A stretch of 43,973 bases of DNA from a bacterium (lineage in GTDB: Bacteria > Krumholzibacteriota > Krumholzibacteriia > LZORAL124-64-63): the NCBI GenBank assembly GCA_030654305.1, contig JAURXS010000052.1, positions 1 to 43,973 on the forward strand. Direction: 5' to 3'. Shown piece by piece: positions 1 to 9,336 of this stretch; position 1 is the first letter of the stretch; each line of letters opens with the position of its first letter. Below the pieces are notes generated by a model that searched no databases, was not told the origin of the DNA, and worked only from the letters and a program-made list of their open reading frames with translations. A program made the translations under genes and the position numbers.

Positions 1-2
1 CC

Positions 3-374
3 GAGCTGCAGGGGCGCTTCCCCATCCGCGTCGAACTTGACCATCTGGCCGAAGAGCATTATCTGCGGATCCTGAGGGAACCCGACAGTTCCCTGCTGAA
101 GCAGTACCAGGCGCTCCTGGCGGCCGACGGCGTGACGGTGAGCTTCACCGACGAGGCCGTCGAGCGCCTGGCCGGCATCGCCATGGAACTGAACCGGCGC
201 CTGGAGAACATCGGCGCGCGGCGGCTGCAGACCATCATGGCGCAGCTGCTCGACGACCTGCTCTTCGACGCCCCGGAGAACGCCGGCGGCCCGGTGACGA
301 TCGACGGCGACTACGTGGAGCGGCGTCTGGCCGGGCTGGTGCGCGACGAGGACCTGAGCCGCTACATCCTGTAA
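3..374 (+). CDS. hslU: ATP-dependent protease ATPase subunit HslU, C-terminal part (5' truncated by window edge)
   Basis: Frame from nt 3 reads ELQGRFPIRVEL...ENIGARRLQTIM...DEDLSRYIL*, the characteristic HslU C-terminus. Confidence 0.93.
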   Translation, partial: ELQGRFPIRVELDHLAEEHYLRILREPDSSLLKQYQALLAADGVTVSFTDEAVERLAGIAMELNRRLENIGARRLQTIMAQLLDDLLFDAPENAGGPVTIDGDYVERRLAGLVRDEDLSRYIL

Positions 375-419
375 CACGACAAGCGAGCGCGCCGGCGCGG
401 CCGGCCGCGAGGAGGCACG

Positions 420-1337
420 ATGAGTCTCGGACAGAAGGACTTCCTCTCGATCCCCCAGCACACCCCGGCGGACCTGCGGCGGATCCTGGACCTGGCGAAG
501 CAGCAGAAGCCCCTGGCCCGCCGCCACGAGCTGCCGCACTCGCACCCCAACCGCACCCTGGCCTGCGTCTTCGCCAAGCCCAGCCTGCGCACGCGCGTCA
601 GCTTCGAGACGGCCATGATGCAGCTCGGCGGCAACTCCCTGTTCATCACGGACAAGGAGATCGGGATGGGCGTGCGGGAGTCCGTGCACGACGTCGCCAA
701 GGTGATGAGCCGCTTCGTCGACGCGATCATGATCCGCTGGTTCGACCACGGCGAGGTCGTGGAGCTGGCGCGCCACGCCGACGTCCCGGTCATCAACGGC
801 CTGACCGACCTGCTGCACCCCTGCCAGGTGATGGGGGACATCCTGACCGTCGAGGAGCACCTCGGGACCATCGAGAACAAGACCGTGGTCATGGTGGGCG
901 ACGGCAACAACCTCGCCAACAGCTGGATCAACGCCGCCCGGCGCTTCCCCTTCAACTTCGTGCTGGCCTGCCCGCCGGGCTACGAGCCGGACCAGGGGAT
1001 CATGGACGCCGCCGAGCAGGACGGCGCCTCCTTCTGCATCACGCACGACCCGCAGGAGGCCGTGGAGGGCGCCCACGTCATCTACAGCGACGCCTTCTAC
1101 AGCATGGGCCAGGAGGCGGAGGCCGTGAAGCGCCGCGCCGACTTCGCGCCCTACCAGATCACCGCCGGCCTGCTGGCCGCCGCCGATCCGAAGCACATCG
1201 TGATGCACTGCCTGCCCGCCCACCGCGGGGAGGAGATCACCGACGAGGTGATGGACGGGCCGCATTCGGTGGTCTTCGACGAGGCCGAGAACCGCCAGCA
1301 CGCGCAGCGGGCCATCATCGCCCTGCTGATGGCCTGA
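420..1337 (+). CDS. argF: Ornithine carbamoyltransferase
   Basis: Carbamoyl-phosphate motif KPSLRTRVSFE, HPCQ, SMG loop, HCLPAHRGEE; GGAGG RBS upstream. Confidence 0.93.
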   Translation: MSLGQKDFLSIPQHTPADLRRILDLAKQQKPLARRHELPHSHPNRTLACVFAKPSLRTRVSFETAMMQLGGNSLFITDKEIGMGVRESVHDVAKVMSRFVDAIMIRWFDHGEVVELARHADVPVINGLTDLLHPCQVMGDILTVEEHLGTIENKTVVMVGDGNNLANSWINAARRFPFNFVLACPPGYEPDQGIMDAAEQDGASFCITHDPQEAVEGAHVIYSDAFYSMGQEAEAVKRRADFAPYQITAGLLAAADPKHIVMHCLPAHRGEEITDEVMDGPHSVVFDEAENRQHAQRAIIALLMA

Positions 1338-1339
1338 CG

Positions 1340-2620
1340 GTGGCGCGCCGGCCGCACGACGCCGCCAGGAGGGCGGGGATCCTGGTCCCCGCCCTGCTGG
1401 CTTGCCTGGCCGCGGCCTGCGCCCAGATCGAGCCGCCGCGCGGCGGCCCCGAGGACCGCACGCCGCCGGTCCTGCTGGCCGTCAGCCCCGATTCCGGCGC
1501 CGTGGGCCTGCGGGGCGTCGACCGCCTGGAATTCACGTTCTCGGAGAAGGTCGAGCCCCGGCCGGCCCAGCGTTTCCTGAAGCTGTACCCGCCGCTGGAG
1601 ATCGCCAAGACGAAGTGGCACGGCCGCCGTCGCGCCGAGGTGCTGCTGCGCGACACGCTGCCGGCGGACGCGGTCGTGGTGGTGGAGATCCCCCGCGGCC
1701 TGCCCGACGCCCACCGCGTCGCCTCCGACCGCACGCGCCGCTACCCGATCGCCACCGCCGACAGCCTGCCGGCCGGCCGGGTCGAGCTGACCGCCGTCTA
1801 CCACGACGGTGCGGCCCGCAACGCGGTGCTCGAACTGTACCCGGCCGAACCGGAGTCCCTGCCCTGGAACCGACGGGAACTGGCCCACCGCGCCGAGGCG
1901 GACACCAGCGGTCGCCTCGCGGCGGAATGGCTCGCGGTGCCCGGCGGCCCCTGGGTGGCCCGGCTCTTCCTGGACGAGAACCACGACCTGCGCGCGGGGG
2001 ATGACGAGGCCCAGCGCCTGCTGCCGGGCACCTGCGCCACGACCCGGGAGGCGCCGCGCGCGTCCCTCGGCACGGTCCGCCTCTTCGCGACGCGCGATCC
2101 CGGCAGCGTGCGGGGCTTCTACCCGGCCTTGGCCGAGTCGGCGCGCGCGCTGTTCGGCTGGGTCGCGAAGATCGCCGAGCAGGACACCGGCTTCGCGCCC
2201 GTGCACGCCGGCGCCTCTGCACCGCCGCGACTGCGAGTCGCGGCGGGCGACACCGCCGTCTGGGACCAGGCCGGTCCCGGCGCGGTCCGGGTCATCCTGT
2301 TCGCGGATCTCGACGGCGACAGCCTGCTGAGCGCGCTGCCGGACTCCGCCGCGCTCGCCGACACCGCGCTCAACGATAGTGTGACCTGGACCTGGGAGCC
2401 GTTCGCCGTCGCCGACTCCCTGACCGTGGAGCCGGGGATGCCCCTGCCGGTCGCGTTGCCGCCGGTGCCGGCGCTGGGGATCCCGTGCCTCGACGCTCCG
2501 CCGCCCCGCCCGACGGCGACCGCGGCGCTGGACTCGCTGGCCGCAGCGCCCGCGGACTCGACCTCGGCCGCGCCCGCCCCGGACGATGCCGACGACCCCG
2601 AAGCTCGGGAGGAGCCGTGA
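1340..2620 (+). CDS. Putative lipoprotein with N-terminal Ig-like (Big_5-like) domain
   Basis: Signal peptide with lipobox LAAC, followed by AQIEPPRGGPEDRTPP and FTFSEKV as in Ig-like domain lipoproteins; stop overlaps dapF start (GTGA). Confidence 0.65.
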   Translation: MARRPHDAARRAGILVPALLACLAAACAQIEPPRGGPEDRTPPVLLAVSPDSGAVGLRGVDRLEFTFSEKVEPRPAQRFLKLYPPLEIAKTKWHGRRRAEVLLRDTLPADAVVVVEIPRGLPDAHRVASDRTRRYPIATADSLPAGRVELTAVYHDGAARNAVLELYPAEPESLPWNRRELAHRAEADTSGRLAAEWLAVPGGPWVARLFLDENHDLRAGDDEAQRLLPGTCATTREAPRASLGTVRLFATRDPGSVRGFYPALAESARALFGWVAKIAEQDTGFAPVHAGASAPPRLRVAAGDTAVWDQAGPGAVRVILFADLDGDSLLSALPDSAALADTALNDSVTWTWEPFAVADSLTVEPGMPLPVALPPVPALGIPCLDAPPPRPTATAALDSLAAAPADSTSAAPAPDDADDPEAREEP

Positions 2621-3435
2621 CGCACCGACTGCCCTTCGTGAAGATGCACGGCGCCGGCAACGACTTCATCATGATCGACGCCGCCGACCTCGTCCCCGGC
2701 GAGCCGCTCGAACGCGACCGCATTGCTGCGCTCTGCGACCGCCGCCGCGGCGTGGGCGCCGACGGCCTGATCGTGGTCGGCCCGGCGACCGGCGCCGATT
2801 TCGGCATGGCCTACTACAACAGCGACGGCGGCGAGGCGTCGATGTGCGGCAACGGGGCCCGCTGCGCCTTCGCCTTCGCCCGCGACCGCGGCCTCATCGG
2901 CCGCGAAGGGACCTGCGCCACGGCGAGCGGCCCGCTGCGCGGCCGCTGCGAGGACGACGGGCTGGTGAGCGTGGACCTGACGCCGCCGCGCGGCCTGGAA
3001 CTCGGGATCGCGGCCGCCGGCGACCACCCCTTCGGCGAACTGCACCGCGCCGACACGGGCGTGCCGCACCTGGTGGTGCCGGTGGACGACGTCGACGCGG
3101 TGGACGTGCCGCGCTGGGGCGCCGCGCTGCGCCGCGACGCCGCCTTCGCGCCCGCCGGGACGAACGTCAACTTCGTCGCCCCCGCCGGCGACGCCTGGCG
3201 CCTGCGCACCTACGAGCGGGGCGTCGAAGCCGAGACCCTGGCCTGCGGCACCGGCGCCTCGGCCACCGCGCTGGTGCTGTGGAAGCTGGGGCGCGCCGCC
3301 TCGCCGGTCGTCCTGTTGACAAGGGGCGGCGATCGGCTGACCATCGCGGTGACGCCGGACGGGGCGTCGGCGAAGCTGCGCCTGAACGGTCCCGCCGTCA
3401 CGGCGTACCGCGGGGAGGTCGATGGGGATGTCTGA
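2617..3435 (+). CDS. dapF: Diaminopimelate epimerase
   Basis: FVKMHGAGNDF, GVGADG, NSDGGEASMCGNGARC, TGVPH, ERGVEAETLACGTG; GTG start at 2617 overlapping the upstream stop. Confidence 0.95.
   Translation: MTHRLPFVKMHGAGNDFIMIDAADLVPGEPLERDRIAALCDRRRGVGADGLIVVGPATGADFGMAYYNSDGGEASMCGNGARCAFAFARDRGLIGREGTCATASGPLRGRCEDDGLVSVDLTPPRGLELGIAAAGDHPFGELHRADTGVPHLVVPVDDVDAVDVPRWGAALRRDAAFAPAGTNVNFVAPAGDAWRLRTYERGVEAETLACGTGASATALVLWKLGRAASPVVLLTRGGDRLTIAVTPDGASAKLRLNGPAVTAYRGEVDGDV
3316..3344 (+). promoter_or_regulatory. Possible internal sigma70-type promoter for dapA-dapB inside dapF
   Basis: TTGACA (3316-3321)-17 nt-GACCAT; formed by rare codons TTG ACA AGG; weak -10. Confidence 0.3.
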
Positions 3436-4333
3436 GAAGCGATTCCTGCCGCGGGGCGTCTACACCGCCCTGGTGACGCCCTTCCGCGACGGCGAGTTGG
3501 ACAAGCCGGCCTGGGAGCGCCTGGTGGCGCGGCAGGTCGAGGCCGGGGTGGCTGGCCTGGTGCCGGTCGGCTGCACGGGAGAGGCGGCGGCCCTCGATCG
3601 CGCCGAACGCGAGTGGCTCGTGCGCGCCTGCGTGTCGGCGGCGCGAGGCCGCTGCGCCGTGGTCGCCGGCGCCGGCTCCAACGTCACACGGACCACGATC
3701 GCCCAGACCCGCGACGCGGCCGCCTGGGGCGCCGACGCGGCCATGCTCATCTCGCCCTACTACAACAAGCCGCAGCAGCACGGGCTGATCGCCCACTACG
3801 GCGCCGTGGCGCGCGAGGTGGACCTGCCCCTGGTCCTCTACAACGTGCCCGGCCGCACGGCGGTCAACATCCTGCCCGCGACCGTCCGCGCGCTCGCGGC
3901 GGAGCCCAACATCGTGGCGGTGAAGGAGGCCAGCGGCAACCTGGAGCAGATCGCCGAGGTCTGCGGCATCGCCGACCTGCAGGTCTTCTCCGGCGACGAC
4001 GGCCTGAACCTGGACGTGTACGCCCTCGGCGGCGCGGGCACCGTGTCGGTCGTCAGCAACCTGCTGCCGCGCTCGCTGGTGCGCACCTGGGACGCCTGGA
4101 ACTCCGGCGAGGCGCCGCGCGCCCGCTCACTCGCCGAGGCCGTGCGCCCGATCATCGAAGCCTGCTTCCGGGAGACCAACCCCGTGCCGGTCAAGGAACT
4201 GCTGTCCCTGATGGGGCTCTGCACCCACGACCTGCGGCTACCGCTGGTCCCGGCGCTGCCGGAGAACCAGGCCTGGCTGCGGCAGGTCCACGCGGGGCCG
4301 CTCGGCGCGCTCCTGGACGGGGAGGGGACATGA
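3422..4333 (+). CDS. dapA: 4-hydroxy-tetrahydrodipicolinate synthase
   Basis: TALVTPF, GCTGE, SPYYNKP, LYNVPGRT, catalytic VKEASG, FSGDD, TNPVPVK. Confidence 0.93.
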   Translation: MGMSEKRFLPRGVYTALVTPFRDGELDKPAWERLVARQVEAGVAGLVPVGCTGEAAALDRAEREWLVRACVSAARGRCAVVAGAGSNVTRTTIAQTRDAAAWGADAAMLISPYYNKPQQHGLIAHYGAVAREVDLPLVLYNVPGRTAVNILPATVRALAAEPNIVAVKEASGNLEQIAEVCGIADLQVFSGDDGLNLDVYALGGAGTVSVVSNLLPRSLVRTWDAWNSGEAPRARSLAEAVRPIIEACFRETNPVPVKELLSLMGLCTHDLRLPLVPALPENQAWLRQVHAGPLGALLDGEGT

Positions 4334-5079
4334 TCGACGTCAGCGTCCACGGAGCCGAGGGGCGCATGGGCCGCCTGGTCACCGAGCTGATCGAGAGCAC
4401 CGAAGGGTTCGCCCTGGCCGCCCTGGTGACCGAGGTCGGGCACGAGCGGCCGGTCGGCGCCTTCCACCCGCGCCTGCCGCTGACCCCCCAGGACCGGCTC
4501 GCCGAGGTCCACCCCCGCGGCGGCGTGATCGTCGACTTCTCGCTGGCGCCGGCGCTCGGCGGCCTGCTCGACGGCGCGGCGGCGACCGCGGCCCCCCTGG
4601 TGATCGGGACGACGGGCCACGACGAGGACCAGCTGCGGCGCCTGCGCGCCTACGCGCAGACCCACGCGGTGGTGCTCTCCAGCAACTTCAGCGTCGGGAT
4701 CCCGACCCTGCGACTGCTGCTGGAGAAGCTGGCCGAGGTGCTGCCGGAAGGCTTCATGCCGGCGCAGGTCGAGACGCACCACCGCCACAAGCAGGACCTG
4801 CCCAGCGGCACGGCGCGCGCGCTGGCCCGCACCTGGGAGGACCGTCGCGGCGCCGGCACCGTGCCCACCAGCAGCCTGCGCATCGGCGGCGTGACCGGCG
4901 AGCACACCTGGGTCTTCAGCGACGACGAGGAGACCCTCGTCCTGACGCACCGGGCCCACTCGCGCCGGGCGTTCCTGCGCGGCCTCGTGCCCGCGGTGCG
5001 CTACGCCGCGCAGGCGGGGCCGGGGCTGGTCACGATGGAGGACGTGCTGGGCGCCCCGAGGCGAGGCCCGATTGCCTGA
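4330..5079 (+). CDS. dapB: 4-hydroxy-tetrahydrodipicolinate reductase
   Basis: HGAEGRMG nucleotide-binding motif, VDFS, VIGTTG, ETHHRHKQDLPSGTA, HRAHSRRAF; ATG 4330 with GGAGG, overlapping dapA stop. Confidence 0.93.
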   Translation: MIDVSVHGAEGRMGRLVTELIESTEGFALAALVTEVGHERPVGAFHPRLPLTPQDRLAEVHPRGGVIVDFSLAPALGGLLDGAAATAAPLVIGTTGHDEDQLRRLRAYAQTHAVVLSSNFSVGIPTLRLLLEKLAEVLPEGFMPAQVETHHRHKQDLPSGTARALARTWEDRRGAGTVPTSSLRIGGVTGEHTWVFSDDEETLVLTHRAHSRRAFLRGLVPAVRYAAQAGPGLVTMEDVLGAPRRGPIA

Positions 5080-5096
5080 ACGAGGTTTGGCGGCAT

Positions 5097-5130
5097 GAAG
5101 AAGTCGGGACCCCTTGGAGGGGGTCCCGTC
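5097..5130 (-). terminator. Probable intrinsic terminator of rpsT (between convergent dapB and rpsT)
   Basis: Hairpin CGGGACCCC-6nt-GGGGTCCCG followed on the minus strand by ACTTCTTC. Confidence 0.55.
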
Positions 5131-5163
5131 TGGAAGCGGAGCGGCAAGGCGCCGGGCGGATCC

Positions 5164-5415
5164 CTACTTTGCGTAGAGGGCGGCCATGCGGGCCTTGAGG
5201 CGGGAAGCGCGCTGCTTCGGGATGACGCCCTTGCGGGCCTGGACATCCAGCATGCTGTAGATGGCGCTGAGGGCTTCGGGCGTCTTCTCGGCCACCGGGG
5301 CCGCGGCGCGGAAGTTCTTCAGCTCGGTGCGCATCTCGCTGCGGTTCTGGCGGTTCACCAGCCGCTGGCGGGCGCTCGTCTTCATGCGCTTCTTACAACT
5401 CTTGTGATGCGGCAA
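5164..5415 (-). CDS. rpsT: 30S ribosomal protein S20
   Basis: 83-aa basic protein PHHKSCKKRMKTS...NRQNRSEMRT...KGVIPKQRASRLKAR; TTG start with AAGGAGG RBS. Confidence 0.93.
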   Translation of the reverse strand: MPHHKSCKKRMKTSARQRLVNRQNRSEMRTELKNFRAAAPVAEKTPEALSAIYSMLDVQARKGVIPKQRASRLKARMAALYAK

Positions 5416-5444
5416 CGTCGGACCTCCTTCGGGACAACCGACAG

Positions 5445-5473
5445 AAATTAGCAGGGACCCTCGCCGATGTCAA
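5445..5473 (-). promoter_or_regulatory. sigma70-type promoter of rpsT
   Basis: Minus strand TTGACA (5473-5468)-17 nt-TAATTT (5450-5445). Confidence 0.7.
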
Positions 5474-7326
5474 GTCGCGACCCGGAAAACGACGACCGCG
5501 CTGTCCTGCGGGACCGCCTGGCGGGACTGCCGGATTCCCCGGGCGTCTACCTCCACAAGGACGCCCAGGGCAAGGTGCTGTACGTCGGCAAGGCGGTGCG
5601 CCTCTCGGCCCGGGTGCGGTCCTATTTCCAGGACACCGACAAGGACCCCAAGACCGCCCAGCTGGTGCGCCGGATCGCCGATGTCGACTACATCGTCACT
5701 CGCGGCGAGACCGAGGCCCTGGTCCTCGAGGACCAGCTCATCAAGGAGTACCGCCCCCGCTACAACATCCGCCTGAAGGACGACAAGCGGTACCCCTACC
5801 TGCGCATCACCCTGCAGGAGCCCTTCCCCCGGGTCGAGGTGGTGCGCCGCCTCGCGGACGACGGCTCGCGCTTCTTCGGCCCCTACACCAGCGTGCGGGC
5901 CATGCGCGAGACGATCCAGCACGCCCTGCGGATCTTCCAGGTGCGCACCTGCGAGCTGGACCTGCCGCGTCAGACCGTGCCGCGCCCCTGCCTGGACTGG
6001 CAGATCGGCCGCTGCAGCGCGCCCTGCGTCGGCTACGACGATGCGGCCGCCTACCGGCGCAAGGTCGCGGCCCTGGTCCGGTTCCTGGAAGGGGAGGACG
6101 CCTCCCTGGTCGCGGAGCTGAAGGCCGAGATGGCCGACCACGCCGCCGCTCGCCGCTACGAGGAGGCCGCCCGCGTCCGCGACCGGCTGCGGGTGCTGGA
6201 GACCACGCTGGGGGCGCTCAGCCCCATCCACGGCCTGAGCGGCGACCTCGACGCCTGCGCCGTGGCCCGCGACGGCGCGCGGGCCTGCGGCATCGTGCTG
6301 CGGATCCGCCGGGGCCGGGTGATGACCAGCCACGAGTTCCACCTCGAGGACCGGCTCGAGAGCGGGACGCCCGCATTCCTGGAGCAGCTGCTGCGCGAGT
6401 ACTACCCCCGCGCCGGCGACCTGCCCCCGCTGGTGCTGCTCGACCACGACCTCGCCGACCGCGAGGCCTGGACCGCGCGCCTGACCGACCTGCGCGGCCG
6501 GCCGGTGAAGCTGGCCCGACCGGTGCGCGGCCCCAAGCACGAGGCCGTGGCCATGGCCGCGGCCAACGCCCTGCACAAGCTGGAAGCGCGCCGGTTGAAG
6601 GACCTGGCCGCGCCCCGCCGCGCCGCGCCGGAACGGAGCGCGGCGCTGCAGGCGGCCCTCGACCTGCGCGCCCTGCCCGAGACGATCGAGTGCTTCGACA
6701 TCTCCAATTTCCAGGGGCGCGAGACCGTCGCCTCCCTCGTCTACTTCCGCGACGGCCACCCGCTGAAATCCCGCTACCGTCGCTTCCGCATCCGGACCGT
6801 CGACGGCATCGACGATTTCGCGTCGATGCGCGAGGTCCTGCGCCGCTACTACGCGCGACTGCTCGAGAAGGGACTGCCGCCGGCCGACCTGGTCCTGATC
6901 GACGGCGGCGCCGGCCAGGTGAGCGCCGCCCGCGCCGCGCTCACGGAGCTGGGATTGCACGCCGTGGAGCTGATCGGCCTGGCCAAGCGCGAGGAGCTCA
7001 TCGTGCGCGAGCGCGGCCTGCCGCCCCTGAAGCTGCCCCGCACCAGCGGGGCGCTGCAGCTGCTGCAGCAGGTCCGCGACGAGGCGCACCGCTTCGCCAT
7101 CACCTACCACCGCCTGCTGCGCGAGCAGCGCACCACCGGTTCGGTGCTGGACGCCGTGCCGGGCATCGGCCAGGTGAAGAAACTGTCCCTGCTGCACCAC
7201 TTCGCGTCGGTGGACGACATCCGGCGCGCGTCGGCGCAGCAGCTCTCCGAGGTGCGCGGGCTCGGCGCCGCGGACGTCGAGCGCCTGCTCTCCTTCTTCG
7301 CCGCCGAGCGCCGGGAGGGCGCGTGA
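5467..7326 (+). CDS. uvrC: Excinuclease ABC subunit UvrC
   Basis: GIY-YIG N-terminus PGVY...LYVGKA, PRYNIRLKDDKRYPY, ECFDISN, LIDGG, RDEAHRFAI, C-terminal HhH. Confidence 0.96.
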   Translation: MSSRDPENDDRAVLRDRLAGLPDSPGVYLHKDAQGKVLYVGKAVRLSARVRSYFQDTDKDPKTAQLVRRIADVDYIVTRGETEALVLEDQLIKEYRPRYNIRLKDDKRYPYLRITLQEPFPRVEVVRRLADDGSRFFGPYTSVRAMRETIQHALRIFQVRTCELDLPRQTVPRPCLDWQIGRCSAPCVGYDDAAAYRRKVAALVRFLEGEDASLVAELKAEMADHAAARRYEEAARVRDRLRVLETTLGALSPIHGLSGDLDACAVARDGARACGIVLRIRRGRVMTSHEFHLEDRLESGTPAFLEQLLREYYPRAGDLPPLVLLDHDLADREAWTARLTDLRGRPVKLARPVRGPKHEAVAMAAANALHKLEARRLKDLAAPRRAAPERSAALQAALDLRALPETIECFDISNFQGRETVASLVYFRDGHPLKSRYRRFRIRTVDGIDDFASMREVLRRYYARLLEKGLPPADLVLIDGGAGQVSAARAALTELGLHAVELIGLAKREELIVRERGLPPLKLPRTSGALQLLQQVRDEAHRFAITYHRLLREQRTTGSVLDAVPGIGQVKKLSLLHHFASVDDIRRASAQQLSEVRGLGAADVERLLSFFAAERREGA

Positions 7327-8234
7327 GCCGCGCCTGGGACGACGCCCTCGCCGCCTTCCTGGCCCACGCCTCGGCGGAGAAGGGGCTGGCCGCCGGCACG
7401 CTGGAGGCGTACGCCCGCGACCTGCAGTCCTGGCGTGCCTGGGCCTGCGAACACGAGCTGCCGGACCCGGCGCAGGCCGGCACCTCCGCCCTGCGGTCGT
7501 TCCTGCTGGACACCGCCGATCGTCTCGGCCCGCGCTCGCGGGCCCGCCTGGTCTCGACCCTGCGCTCGTTCCACCGCTTCCTGGCCGCGGAGGGGCTCGC
7601 CGCCGGCGACCCCACCCTGCTGATCCTGGCGCCGAAGATCGGGCGCAAGCTCCCGGTCGTCCTGTCCGGGCCCCAGGTCGGGGCGCTGCTGGAAGCGCCG
7701 CCCGCGAACGAGCCCGCCGGCCTGCGCGACCGGGCCGTGCTGGAGATCCTCTACGGCTGCGGCCTGCGCGCCAGCGAGCTGTGCGGGCTCGACGTGACCG
7801 ACCTCGACCGCCGCGACGCCTCGCTGCGCGTGCGGGGCAAGGGCAGCAAGGAACGCCTGGTGCCGGTCGGCCGCCCCGCGCTCGACGCCGTCGCCGCCTG
7901 GCTGACGCGGGGGCGTCCGGAGATGCCCGGCCGCAAGCCCTCGGCGGCCCTGTTCGTCAACGCGCGCGGCGGACGCCTCTCGCGCGTCGCGGTCTGGGGT
8001 CTGGTCAAGCGCTGGGGGACGGCCAGCGGCGCGCCCGAGTCGCTCACGCCCCACGTGCTGCGCCACACCTACGCCACGCACCTGCTGGAGGGCGGCGCCG
8101 ACCTGCGCGTGGTGCAGGAGCTGCTCGGCCACGCCGCCATCACCACCACCGAGATCTACACCCACGTCGACCGGGCCTTCGTGGCCGAGGCCTACCGCAG
8201 CGCCCACCCGCGGGCGCGGCGGCGTCGGCTTTGA
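7323..8234 (+). CDS. xerD: Site-specific tyrosine recombinase XerD
   Basis: RDRAVLEILYGCGLRASEL, GKGSKERLVP, TPHVLRHTYATHLL, DLRVVQELLGH, TTEIYTHV; GTGA overlap with uvrC. Confidence 0.88.
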   Translation: MSRAWDDALAAFLAHASAEKGLAAGTLEAYARDLQSWRAWACEHELPDPAQAGTSALRSFLLDTADRLGPRSRARLVSTLRSFHRFLAAEGLAAGDPTLLILAPKIGRKLPVVLSGPQVGALLEAPPANEPAGLRDRAVLEILYGCGLRASELCGLDVTDLDRRDASLRVRGKGSKERLVPVGRPALDAVAAWLTRGRPEMPGRKPSAALFVNARGGRLSRVAVWGLVKRWGTASGAPESLTPHVLRHTYATHLLEGGADLRVVQELLGHAAITTTEIYTHVDRAFVAEAYRSAHPRARRRRL

Positions 8235-8259
8235 CAGGCACCGCCGCCGATGGTACTGT
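8231..8259 (+). promoter_or_regulatory. sigma70-type promoter for trpS-scpAB operon
   Basis: TTGACA (8231-8236, overlapping xerD stop)-17 nt-TACTGT with extended -10 TGn. Confidence 0.7.
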
Positions 8260-8344
8260 AGCCCCTCGCTCGCCCGCACGCGGGCCGACCGATCCGGCGG
8301 CAGCCGGGTCGCGAATCCGGACCACGCTCCCGAGGAACCCATCC

Positions 8345-9328
8345 GTGACCAAGAAGATCATCCTCAGCGGCAACCGTCCCACCGGGCGCCTGCACTGGGG
8401 CAACTACACCGGCGCGCTGGAGAACTGGATCCGCCTGCAGGACGAATACGACTGCTACTTCATGGTGGCCGACTGGCACGTCCTGACCACGGCCCTGGAC
8501 AAGTCGCACGAGATCCGCGACAACTCCCGCGAGATGATCCTGGACTGGCTCGGCGCCGGGCTCGACCCGGACCGCTCGGTGCTGTTCGTGCAGTCCTCCA
8601 TCAAGGAGCACGCCGAACTGTACCTGGTGGCCTGCATGCTGATCTCCCTGGGCCGGCTGGAGCGCAACCCGACGTTCAAGGAGCAGGTGCGCGACCTCGA
8701 CCTCGCCGGCGAGATCAGCTTCGGCCACCTGGGCTACCCCGTCCTGCAGGCGGCCGACATCCTGGCCTACCGCGCGCACGCCGTGCCCGTGGGGGAGGAC
8801 CAGCTGCCGCACCTCGAGCTGTGCCGCGAGATCGCGCGGCGCTTCAACCACCACTTCGGCGAACTCTTCCCGGAGCCCGAGGGCCTGGTCACGAAGTTCG
8901 GGCGCTTCCCGGGCACCGACGGGCGCCGCATGAGCAAGTCGCTGGGCAACGCGGTGGAGATCGCCGCCCCGCCCGAGGAGATCCGCGCGAAGCTCAAGAC
9001 CGCGTTCACCGACCCGCAGCGCCTGCGCCGCAGCGACCCCGGCAACCCCGACGTCTGCGCCGTCTACACGTGGTACCAGAAGTTCCTGCCCGGCGAGGCG
9101 GACCAGACCGCCGCCGAGTGCCGCAGCGCCGAGCGCGGCTGCGTCGACTGCAAGAAGCGCCTGGCCGACGGCGCGATCGCCTACTTCGAACCCCTGCGCG
9201 AGCGGCGCGCCGGGTACGAGAGCCACCCGAACCGCGTCGCCGAGATCGTGGACGCCGGCTGCGCCCGCGCGCGAGCCGCCGCCTCCGAGACCCTGGCGCG
9301 CGTCCGCGACGCCATGGGCGTCGGGTAG
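8345..9328 (+). CDS. trpS: Tryptophan--tRNA ligase
   Basis: SGNRPTGRLHWGN (HIGH-like), YPVLQAADIL, VPVGEDQLPH, RMSKS (KMSKS-like); GTG start at 8345. Confidence 0.95.
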   Translation: MTKKIILSGNRPTGRLHWGNYTGALENWIRLQDEYDCYFMVADWHVLTTALDKSHEIRDNSREMILDWLGAGLDPDRSVLFVQSSIKEHAELYLVACMLISLGRLERNPTFKEQVRDLDLAGEISFGHLGYPVLQAADILAYRAHAVPVGEDQLPHLELCREIARRFNHHFGELFPEPEGLVTKFGRFPGTDGRRMSKSLGNAVEIAAPPEEIRAKLKTAFTDPQRLRRSDPGNPDVCAVYTWYQKFLPGEADQTAAECRSAERGCVDCKKRLADGAIAYFEPLRERRAGYESHPNRVAEIVDAGCARARAAASETLARVRDAMGVG

Positions 9329-9336
9329 GAGGCCCC

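Noticed and set aside
7323..8234. Tyrosine recombinase as a sign of a prophage or integrative element
   Set aside because: It has XerD-type sequence and size, is coupled to uvrC among core genes, and has no att repeats or cargo.
8260..8344. T-box or attenuator upstream of trpS
   Set aside because: The leader is only about 80 nt, with small GC hairpins, no T-box consensus and no Trp-codon leader peptide.
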